Positions 1 through 10,600 of a stretch of 63,124 nucleotides of DNA are shown piece by piece (positions within the stretch are counted from its first letter, which is position 1; each line of letters opens with the position of its first letter). Both the position numbers and the translations under genes were made by a program. This stretch comes from Acidobacteriota bacterium (GTDB taxonomy: Bacteria > Acidobacteriota > UBA4820 > DSQY01), in NCBI GenBank assembly GCA_021778515.1, contig JAJYCJ010000006.1:1-63124 (forward strand), read 5' to 3'. Under the pieces are notes generated by a model. It had not been told where the DNA came from, searched no databases, and saw only the letters and a program-made list of their open reading frames with translations.

Positions 1-52
1 CTTCCGCGTCCCCGGGCATCGTCCCAACCTTCATGTCCTCTCGCTCATCCAT
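1..52 (-). CDS. 5' end of a gene running off the window (MDEREDMKVGTMPGDAE...)
   Basis: ATG at 52 on minus strand preceded by GAGGAG RBS; frame open to window edge. Confidence 0.35.
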   Translation of the reverse strand, partial: MDEREDMKVGTMPGDAE

Positions 53-140
53 TTCGATCTCCTCGGACAGCTCCAGTAAACCCTACTTCGTGTCCAAAGA
101 AATCAGGGGCGCATCACTCTTCCGCGCGATGGCCAGGGCC

Positions 141-176
141 CTGCCCCGGCCCACCCAGACGGGCGGGCCGGGGCAG
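141..176 (-). terminator. GC-rich hairpin downstream of the 201-764 gene
   Basis: ctgccccggccc...gggccggggcag inverted repeat; no clear U-tract. Confidence 0.35.
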
Positions 177-200
177 AGAGTGGGGTGGAACAAGCAGGGG

Positions 201-764
201 TTAGGGCTGGTGGCTCTGGGGGGCGAGGGCCTGGGTCACGTCCTGGAGAATGGACTGCTCCTCCGGGACGGCCGCGGCGGAGGCCTTCTGCTGGAGGAGG
301 ACCACCTTCACACCCGCGCCTTTCCCAATGTGGGACCCCGAGGCCGGATCGGCCTGGATGTGCATCGTCATCCGCTTGCCGTGATAGGTGCCCGCCGGCA
401 GCGTCAGGGTCACCACGCTCGTGGCCGCCGTCGTCCCATCGGGGAAGCTCACCGTCACCGGGTCAAAGGCCGCCGACAGCGCCGCCTTCCCCTTCCCGGA
501 CAGGGTGGCCACCACGGGATAGCTCACCTTCTTGCCGCCCGGGGCCGTCATCGAGGCCTGGAAGCTGAAGGTGCCCCCGGCATCGAGAGAGGGAACCGTG
601 AAGATCACCACCACGAGCCCCGACCCCTTCTGGGTCACCGTCGCGGTGGGATTCGTGGTGGAGGCAGCGACCGAGTACTTTATGGCGTGCCCCGCCGCCA
701 AGAGCCCCGTCGGCACCAGCGCCACCACGGCCAGAACGAACAGCAGAGAAACCCATTTCTTCAT
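201..764 (-). CDS. Secreted hypothetical protein, beta-rich
   Basis: GAGGAG RBS before ATG 764; MKKWVSLLFVLAVVALVPTGLLA signal peptide. Confidence 0.7.
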   Translation of the reverse strand: MKKWVSLLFVLAVVALVPTGLLAAGHAIKYSVAASTTNPTATVTQKGSGLVVVIFTVPSLDAGGTFSFQASMTAPGGKKVSYPVVATLSGKGKAALSAAFDPVTVSFPDGTTAATSVVTLTLPAGTYHGKRMTMHIQADPASGSHIGKGAGVKVVLLQQKASAAAVPEEQSILQDVTQALAPQSHQP

Positions 765-1123
765 GACAACCTCCTCAACACAACTCACTCACACCAGCCG
801 GGCAGCCCCCCTGGCTGCCCACGGACTGGAAGGATGCACTTTGCCCCGCGAAGAACCACCCCTAGCCAGACCCTCCAGAACACCGGCGACACCACCCCCT
901 TCACCCAGCGAGAACCCCCGAGCCGGCCAACCCCCGCCTCCACCACGGACCCGCGCCGGAGGCCGTGAGCCGGGGCGAACTGACACCCTTGCGGAGACCA
1001 GAGGAGGCAACTTGATGCCACTGCGTCTGACGCCCTGCGCGTCGCTCCGCCTGAAGACAGCGCGGTTAACTCCTTATGCCGGTTTTCTGTTCCATTGCTA
1101 CCATTCCCCCATGTTCGGCCCGC

Positions 1124-1621
1124 TCAAGAGAGTCCGGCTTCGCTGAGCGCATCGTGCAGCTCCTCCTTGAACTTCTGAAACTCCGGCACATCCTTCAGCG
1201 CCCAGTCTGCCGCCTCAAGCAACTGCTGGCTTCGAGTGAGATGATCCCGTTTCTTCCTCTTCTTCCACGCCCCCAAAGCTTTCTGCGCCCGTTCGTAGCT
1301 CCCGATCGCACGGAAGTACGGACGGAAGGCCTCCGCATTCCTGCCGAAGCGTGAGAACTTGAAGAAGAGGGCGAGAAAGCCCAGGAATATCAAGGGCATT
1401 CCCTGCGGCTCGGTGAAAAAGCGGAGTGGCTTGGGCCACGACGAGAAGTTATAGCGGACTTGTACTTGTAGAATGGTCCCAAGGATTACGCCACCAATCA
1501 CCGCAAGTATCATAAGTGCACCGCCCAGGGTGTTCACTCGGCGCAAGTACGCTTGCTTCTCATGGAGTTCTTCATCGGTCGCCGGATGCCATTGGGGCAT
1601 TTCAGGCCACTGCCACGTCAT
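1124..1621 (-). CDS. Putative immunity protein for the Rhs toxin (two hydrophobic segments)
   Basis: ATGA overlap with the Rhs stop at 1618-1621; hydrophobic stretches LGGALMILAVIGGVILGTIL and MPLIFLGFLALFF. Confidence 0.65.
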   Translation of the reverse strand: MTWQWPEMPQWHPATDEELHEKQAYLRRVNTLGGALMILAVIGGVILGTILQVQVRYNFSSWPKPLRFFTEPQGMPLIFLGFLALFFKFSRFGRNAEAFRPYFRAIGSYERAQKALGAWKKRKKRDHLTRSQQLLEAADWALKDVPEFQKFKEELHDALSEAGLS

Positions 1622-4600
1622 GGTGTAAACCCGCCTTGTTCGAACATCCAAAGCTCGCTATTGCCGATGGCCTCATTGGCAGCGTCCGGCATCCACATGC
1701 GAAAGCCCGCTCCTACCGCCCAGCCCAACCCGAAGGCCCCGGGGGCAAAGCCTGTAGTACCTAGCAATCCTACCTCACCGAGGGTAGCTCCACCCCCCTC
1801 CAGCAACATCGTCAGGCCTGTCGAGGTCGCGCCCCCCGCTCCGTGCTCCCACGCCGCGGCGCTTCCCGCGTTGCCCCACAGGTCGGAGGTCACATAGCTT
1901 CCCGCCGACCACAGGCCGTAGGCGGCCCCGGCCACCGGAGCCCCATAGGACAGAGCGTTGCGGGCGTCCATCCCCAGCGGCGTCATGCCGGAGTTGACCA
2001 CCGCCGAGGCAAGGGGGCCGCCATACTCCATGGCCATGGGCGCATGGCTCAGCCAGTGCTCCAACCCCACTTCGGCTGCTGCACTGCCCGCGCCGGCCAG
2101 GATCGCATTCATATCCCCCGTAAACTCCCACCCGCTCGAGGAGGAACCTCCCGTATTCGCGTAGAGGCTCGCTTGAATCTCCCCATTCGAGTAGCTGGAG
2201 GTTCCGGTCGTCTCTACGTATGTAAAGCCCAACTGCGACATGCTTAGAGAATCGCTAAGCCCAGAATTCACGCATGCCTGTAGCCACGAGTCTCCTTGGC
2301 CGTACATCTGCACCGCTGCCTGAAGGGGGTCGATGGAGATGTCCTGCCAAATCGTGGAATCCAAGTAGTTATCCTCCGTCTCCATCGGTACCGCCACGGG
2401 CGGCCTGGGCCCGAAGTGCCCCGTCGGGTCCGCGAAGACGACGGGGTTTCCCTCCACGTAGCTGTACAGGTTCCAGCTCTGCGGATCGGCCGGGTTGCCT
2501 ACCACGTCGTCCGGGCTGTAAAATCGCTCCATCAAGGCCCCGTAGAAGCGGTAGTGCATGTCGTCCATCGTGTCCGTCCCGTTCCCCGTGAGATCGTCCC
2601 TCTCCTGCCCCGCGTAGTGGATCAGCGCGTACGCGCTCTGTGTCGGCGGCGGCATCTCCTGCCCGTACGGCTCGTAGTCGTGCTCCTCCACGATCGCCCC
2701 CGCCGCATTCGCCACCACCCGCACGCTCCCCACCTGGTCCCACACATAATAGTACACCGTCTCGTTGGCCAGCGCGGCCTCCGGTTGGGCGGCCCCCTCC
2801 GGGGCTGCTTCGCCGGCCATGCTGCCGCTCTGGCCCTGCTCCAAGCCATCGCACCCCTCGCCCCGCCCGAACGGGCTTGGGCCGGGGCCCCCATCGGCTT
2901 GCACCCCGAAGGACTCCCCCCCGGCGGTCCTCTCCCCGCTCGGCACGGCGCGAGCTCCCGCCTGCCGCCCGACCTCTCCCGGTCCACCCGGCCGCGCTAG
3001 GCTTGCTACCTGCGAGCCCGTGGTGACGGTGAGCGCGGTGTCGTCCAGGATGAACGCCGTCCCGTACGCGTCGGAGTTGGTGACGGCCCTGAACCGGATC
3101 TGCACCGCCTGACCCAGCAGAGAAGAGACACTGATGGTCGCCTGCTCCTGTCTCCACCCCCCCGCGTTCACGTTGCTCAAGGTCACGGGCGTTTGCAGGA
3201 CCGTGCCACCGGTCGTCAGAACTTCGACGTACAGGTAGTCCTTCGCCGTGGTCCCCGCCTCCTGCGTGTAGATCGCCACCCAGAAGCTCAGCGTGGCCGA
3301 GGTGGCCGTCGCGGGGATCGTCACCGTCTGCTTCACCACATCCGTCTGCCCGCTGTAGTAGCCCCCGTTGATCCCCCCGCCCAGGATCGCCATGTAGTAC
3401 CCCGAATGCGGCGTCGTCTGCGCCGTCGTGGTCGTGACCACCATGTGGCTGTTAGGACTGGTGTTGATCGTCCAGCCGCTGGTGCCCGATTCGAAGCCCG
3501 GGTTCTGCAAGAGCTGCTGCGCCGTGGATGTCGCCGTGAAGTTGATGTTGGTTTGGCTCGCCCCGCTGATCGTGACGGAGGTGTTCGCCGGCGAGAAGGT
3601 GTAGCCGCTCAGGCTCGGCGTCACCGTGTAGCTCCCATTCGCTAGGCCGGTGAAGCTGTAGGTCCCCCCGGTGCCCGTCGTGGTGCCCGCCGTGGCCGTG
3701 CCCGTGAGGCTGATGGCCACTCCGGAGGTGACGGCCCCGCCCACCGTCCCGGAAATCGTGTAGGTGGTCACCGCCGAGAACGAGGCGGTGATCGTGTGAT
3801 TGGCCGTCACGTTGCTGAAGGTGTAGCTGGCGATGGCGCCCTGGTTCGTCCCGTCCACCACCACCGAGGCGATCTGGTAGCCACTGTTGGCCCCGATGGT
3901 AAACGTCTGACTCCCTCCGGAGGACACCGAAACCGAACCGCTCGGGCTGATCGTGCCGCCCGTCCCCGCCGAGGCGGTGATCGTATAGCTGCCACCCGCT
4001 GCCGTCGCCGTGAAGTTCACCCCGCTCTGGTTGGTGCCGTTGATGGTCACGGAGGTGCTCGACGGCGTGAAGGTGTAGCCGGACAGGTTCGGCGTCACCG
4101 TGTAGGTGCCGTTCACTAGGCCGGAGATTGTGTAGGCGCCCGTGCTGCTCGTTGTTCCAGAGCCGGCGCCGGCGGTCACCCTCACGCCCGAGAGGCCCGC
4201 GCCGCTCAGCGTCACCGTCCCGGAGATGCTGTACGTGGCCACCGCCGAGTACGAGGCGGTGATCGTGTGATTGGCCGTCACGTTGCTGAAGGTGTAGCTG
4301 GCGATGGCGCCCTGGTTCGTCCCGTCCACCACCACCGAGGCGATCTGGTAGCCGCTGTTGGCCCCGATGGTAAACGTCTGACTCCCTCCGGAGGACACCG
4401 AAACCGAACCGCTCGGGCTGATCGTGCCGCCCGTCCCCGCCGAGGCGGTGATCGTATGGCTGCCACCGGCCGCCGTGGCCGTGAAGTTGACGCCCGTCAC
4501 GTTCCCGCCGCTCACCGTCTCGGAAGCGCTGGCCGGGGAGAAGGTGTAGCCCGAAAGGCTCGGCGTCACCGTGTAGCTCCCGTTCGCTAGGCCGCCGATC

Positions 4601-7600
4601 GTGTAGGACCCGTCGCTTCCCGTGGTGCCCGTGGAGCCAGCCTCGGGCAGGCGGACCTTTCCCGCGAGTGCGTGCTCCACAATCAGGCCGCTCCGCCCTG
4701 GCGCCAAGGCCGGCTGGGGCTCGCGAGCCCCTGTCCGGCCCGCCCCGCGCACCGCCCCCTGCCCCTGCGGTACCGCGGTGAACTCCTGCTGCGTTCTGTG
4801 CTGCGAGTCGCACGGCCGGCCCCCCGACGGCGTGAAGTTGTACCCTGGCATCGAGGGCACGATCGTCCCTTCCACGCCGGCCCCGTTCCCGCTCCCGCCT
4901 CCCGGCGGCTGCAAGATGTACAACCCCGTCGCATCCGTTGAAGCCGAGGCGTTCGCCGCGCTCACCGACACCCCGGCAACCGGCGTCCCGTCCGTCAGCG
5001 CTACCGTCCCCGACGAGCACTTCCTGCAGACGGAGCCGAAGAAGTTCACCGTCACACTGGACCCGTTGATCGTCGTCGTCTTTGGGTTCTTGAGGTACGT
5101 GATCACAATGCCGGTCGGCTGCCCAGCCGTCACCGTGTACGAGCCGTTGCCCAGCCCCGTGAAGCTGTAGGCCCCGCCGTTCGTGGTGGTGCTGCCCGAG
5201 GCCGCCCCCGACAGCGTCACCGGTATCCCTGACGGGCTCGGCATCCCATTGATCGTGAACTTCCCCGAAATGCTGTACGCCCCACCGGCCTTCGCCGCCG
5301 TAAAGTTCACCCCCGTCACGTTCACCCCGTTCACCGTCTCGGAGGCACTGGCCGGGGAGAAGGTATAGCCCGACAGGCTCGGCGTTACCGTGTAGGTCCC
5401 GTTCGCCAAGCCGGAGATCGCGTAGGCGCCCGAGCTGGTCGTCTGCGCCGAAGCTGAACCCGCTGTAACCGTTACCCCCGAAAGGCCCGAGCCGTTGTAG
5501 GTGATCGTCCCGGAGATCGTGTAGGTGCCCCCCGCAACCGCCGAGACCGTCACCCCCTGAAGGCCCGAGCCGTTCAGCGTCACCGCGCCGGCGATGCTGT
5601 AGGTGGCCGCCATCACCGTCACCGTGAAGGACTGGCTCGCCGTGTGGCTCGCGCCGTCTGTCACCGTGCACGAGGCCGGGTAGCTGCCGGCGGCCAGGTA
5701 GTTGTACGTCCCCGAACTGGCCGCCGAACTCCCTCCATCCCCGAAGCTCCACGAGTAGCTGTATGGGGCCGTACCCCCGGAAGCGCTGGCCGAGTAGGTC
5801 ACGTTCAGCGGCGCACTCCCGCTGAGGGGGGTGATGCTGGCCGTGACGCTGAGTGAGGAGGGAGCCGAGACGCTGATGGTCTGAGCCGAACTCGCACTGG
5901 CTTGGGGGTTGGCGGAGTCCGTCACCGTGAGCGCCGCTGTGTAGGTCCCGGCCGCGGTGTAGGTGTGGGTCGCCGAGGCGCCGCTCCCCGTGGCACCATC
6001 TCCGAAGGCCCAGGCGTAGGTATAGGGCGGGGTCCCACCCGTCGCGGATCCAGTAAACACCACCGTCAGGGGTGCCCGGCCAGACACCGGCGAGGCCGAG
6101 GCGCTGGCCGCCAGCGCCGTGGTGGCCGTGGCCGTGAAGGTCACCCCCGTCACGTTCGCTCCGTTCACCGTCTCGGAGGCGCTCGCCGGTGAGAAGGTGT
6201 AGCCGCTCAGGACCGGCGTCACCGTGTAGGTCCCGTTGGCCAGGCCGCTGATCGTGTAGGCCCCCGAGCTGTTCGTCGTTCCCGTGGCGGATCCCGCGGT
6301 CACCGTCACCCCGGAGAGTCCCGAGCCGTTCAGCGTCACCGTGCCGGAGATGGAGTACGCGCCGCCAGTGCCTCCCACGCCCCCCTCTTCGGAAGTCGCA
6401 AGGTGGCCGCCGATATAGAGGAAGGCCTTGGCGTTGCTCTGGGAGGGGTTGGTGACGGACGGGAAGTTCTCCTGGAGGCGGACCTGCGAACCGGCGCGGA
6501 AGAAATAGGTGACCCCCGCGCCGTTTCCCACGGCGACCCGCTCGCCCGCGGCATCATAGTGGTACGCCAATGGTGTGCCTCCGCCTGGGGGAGTCACGGC
6601 CACAATACAGTTGAGCGGGTCGTAGGCAAGCGCATTCACCCCGTCATTGGTCATGTTGCCTGGGGCGGTTCCGCCGCCACCGTAGACCGGTGTGTGGGTC
6701 TGGCTTCCCGTGCCGGAATTGGCCGTGAAAGAGGTGAGGCGGTTGGTGGAGGTATCTGGGGTAAACGTGAGGTTGGGCAGGGAGGCGCTCGGCGAAGAGA
6801 CGGTTCGCCCCCTGAGGTTCCCGAAATCATCGAAGGAGTACTGAAACGAGACGGGCGTTCCTGTCCCGTGCGGGTGGTACACCGTGGCCTGCTGGAGCCG
6901 GCCAAGGGGGTCGTAGCCGAACGTATCCGCTCCTTCTGCGATCACGTCTCCGATACCGTCGTACTGATAGTTTCCAGAATCCCATAACGGTTCGGTGATG
7001 GTCCCGGTCCCCGTTCCCCAAGTAATGTCCGAAAGCCGCCCAGTTTGCGCATCTTCCGAAAACTGCGTGGAGGTACCGTTTGCAAAGCTCAAAGTGTCCA
7101 CTGCGCCGGAGGGCCAGTAGGTAATACCCGTGATACCGGGACCGTCGGAAAACACTTTGGCCACAGGCAGGCCATAGTTGTAGCTAATGTTGGTAGAGAC
7201 GCTCACAGCGCTGCCGCGCACATCGGTCTCCTGCGTCACCTCGCCCTGCGTATCGTAGGTGAGCGAGGCGGTGTAGCCTGCCGTTGGAAGGCCGGAGAGA
7301 TTCAACAAGAGACTCGCTTGGCTCAGGCGGCCGCTCATTCCATTGTAGGTCCAGGATTCCTCTATCTGGCCGTTCTCCGAATCGGCGCGCGTCAACCGGC
7401 CATTCGACTCACCGTGGCCCGGCTCATCGTAGAACCACTGCCGCCAGATTTGCCCTCCTTCGCTCAAGGTGATCGCCCGCCCCCGGGAGTCGTATTCGCT
7501 GGTGTAAATTCGGCCGGCGGCATCTTCAAATTGAATCAGATGGCCTCCAGCGTCGTACTGCACGTACAGAAGCGTTCCTTTTTCCGGCAGCGCGGCCTGC

Positions 7601-10600
7601 CTGAGGAGCCCCAAGGCGTCGTAGGTGAACGTTCTGTTCGCCTGATGCACCGTTCCGCTCGAGCTGGCCAGCGCAACCTGGGTGAGGTGGTTGAGACCAT
7701 CGTAGGTGTACGTTGCTTGGGCGCCGGTGCTCGGGCTTACGCTCAGCAGGCGGCCGAGTGCATCCCGGACGTACGTCGTGGTACCACTCAAGCCAGAACC
7801 GGAGCCCGGCGCCGCATTGATATCGTTGATCGTAACCTGCGTCGTGGGCCCTTGTGCTGCAATCTCGGGATAGGCAACATCTCGGTGAGAACCATCAGGA
7901 CCGAGCACCTCGGAGATTCGGTAGAAGGGATCCAGCGTGCCTTGGAACGGCTGCGCCCCGGTCGCCCCGGCGAAGGGGGTGGTCCACGTTCCATACCCCT
8001 CTCCAGAGGCATTGGCCGGTGCAGCCATACCGAAAGTGCTGCCCGTCTCCACCAGGCCCGAAATGGTGGGATTGAGTGTCGTGGTCACCGATCCGTAGGC
8101 GTACGGCAGGGATTGAAATACCGCTGCACCCCATGGAGCGTACAGGGTGATCTTCTCCGACCACGTGTATCCGCTTCCCGATGCGGGGGGCATAACCGTA
8201 TCTGTTCGCCAGGGGCGCCCCAGATCATCGAGAGTCGTCACGCTATACAGGTCCGTATTGGAAGGCAAAGGAGTGCTGCTTCCTGGGCTCAATTCCGGGT
8301 TGGCCCCGCTCCCCTTGTAACGCTCAATCGTGTTCGGATTCGGGTAGGCGATTTGGGTCGGCGCCTCGCTTCCCCAGGGGCCTGGAGGAGGGGTAACACG
8401 GGTTATGCGGCCAATTGCATCGTATTGGAAACTCGTGGCGAGCTGGTTAGGGTCGGCCTGCGAAAGGATACGGCTGGTCGAGGAGTCGATGGTGCGTGTG
8501 AAGTCATTATACCCATACTCTGGATGCGTGGGATCCGCGGTGTTCACCGTCCGCCATTCGCTGTGGACTACACCGCTTTCCCAGGCAAAATTCTGGGTGT
8601 ACCCATGGCCTGCGTCTCCGCCCTGGAATTGCTCTGATTCAAGGTTCCCCAGATCGTTCGGGTCGGTTGTATAGGTAAAGGCCTGCGCTTGGTCTCCGCC
8701 CCCCGGTTGGACGGGATTTGGAAAGTCGAGATTCGTGAAATCGAACACGAAGCTTGCTTGCACCTGCTCGTAGCTCGTGTGGCTGCTCGGAAGGCCGAGG
8801 GAGGACGAGGAGTCGTACGTCCATTGTTCTGCCTTGAACTGCCCATTGAAGGTTTGCTGCCCAGACACCGGGGGATCCGTAAGCTCGGAGTCGCTCTCCG
8901 AAGACACGCCAGACAGGGCGGCAGTGGCCGTCCCGGTGTCTTGCTGCACGACCCGGTCCAGCTGGTACACCGTGGTCCGGGGATCGGTCCCGCTAGCCGC
9001 CAGATCCGGCGTGGTGTTCTCAAGGGTCATGGCCCGGCAGGCCACCTCAACTGGGGTTTGGGCAGGCAGGCCCGTCCCTGTCGTCTGGCTGAATAGATAG
9101 GTACCGAAGCCGTTCCATCCCAAGGAACTAGTGTCCCGGGACCATAACTGCTCGCTGCCGTTGTATTGCCCCTCAAATACTTCTCGCACGCGCGGGTTGC
9201 CTTGTTGGATGGGCGTGGGCGGATTCTGGCTGTCGTCGTAACAGAGGTGCACGTCTCCCTGCCCCTGGGCGTTATCACCATGCGAGTAGTACTTGTCCAC
9301 CCGGTACACGCAGCCCGTCATTTGAGGGCTGGAGGTGCTATAGACCGTACCTGGGGCCAGGAGAAGGTCGTGGAGTTCCTTTCCTGCCCTCAATCCCCCG
9401 TTTCCATCGGTGATGTAATGAACTTCAATCCGTCCCATGGGATCGGTCACGGGGATGGGCCTCGTCTCGGCGGTGTCGTTTAGATATGTGTTTTCGGTCT
9501 GGTTGTGGTCAAAGGTCCATACCAGGACGTTACTGGCCGTCCCGCTGATCCGCCCCGTTGGATCCACGGGATGCAGGGTCAGCGTGCGGGTGGCCACATC
9601 GTCATCCTCAATCAGTGAAATCTCTCCGGGCGGCAGCGAGGAGGCATAGATATACGATGAAACGGCCCCCGTCGGATAGGTAATGCTCGTCAGGTGGGTA
9701 TCGACAGGAGGTATACCCGAAGCATACGCATAGCTCGTCCGTTGTCCCACTGCATCGGTGACTTGCGTTAGCTCGGGATACTCCGAATGGCCATCCTGAA
9801 AGGAGACCATGCTGTACGAATAGACTTCGGACGTCCCACCCGCTGAGATGGACAGCAACATAAATGGCTGTCCAGCTTCTGAACCATAGTCGAACACAAC
9901 TTGCCGGCCAAACTCGTCCGTGATGGCGGCTATGGCACCCCCGAAGGGCTGGGCCGGTGGATTGAAGGCCTCATAGCCTATCGCGATCTTGTTCCCAGCA
10001 CGGTCGTCGATTTCCGTAACGTACCAGCCGTTGCTGAACTTGTTGGACACAGCGTTGTTGCTGATTTGCGGCGCAATGTACCCATTGGAGGCGGTTGCCC
10101 CTGCCACCAGGATCATGCCGTTGGGATAATAAATGAACCAGAGGTTGTTGTTAGGATCGGAGGTGTTGGCTATATTGTCGTAGTAATAGGCCCGGATGTA
10201 GGAGCTGTCGTCCGTGTAGTACCAGCCCGCATGGGGCGGATCGGTAGCGGATATGTTCTGACAATAGGGACTGCTTCCATAGTATAACCGGTGCTCCGCT
10301 CCAGTATGGTCCATGAAGAAAAAGAATTCTCGGACAAAAAGCCCCTGTCCGGAGGGATCCGCCAAACCCCGCTCAAACACCCGGCCATAGGACAATGTCC
10401 ATCCCATACCAACCGGACCGTACGGCAAATCGGCAGACTGTAGGCTATTGGAGTACGCCGCTTCGCTCACTTTGCTGTTGTAATAGAAAGTCGGGCTTAG
10501 GCTCGCCCCTAGATTTTGCGGCAGCGGGACGCCAAAGGAGTGGCTCACCACGAGTGTCCCATTCGCGATGTTGATCTCCTCGCCGTGTCCAAAGTCCTGA

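Noticed and set aside
1005-1062. Possible integron attC site (..GCAAC...GTTAAC)
   Set aside because: Boxes do not fit RYYYAAC/GTTRRRY, internal complementarity is weak, and there is no integron integrase or cassette array
3769-4467. DGR template/variable repeat pair (the three mismatches fall at plus-strand adenines of one copy)
   Set aside because: Only three differences, both copies are in-frame domains of one gene, and no reverse transcriptase is present
3452-5752. 766-aa alternative-frame ORF inside the Rhs gene
   Set aside because: Arg/Gly/His-rich shadow frame caused by high GC3; no recognisable motifs
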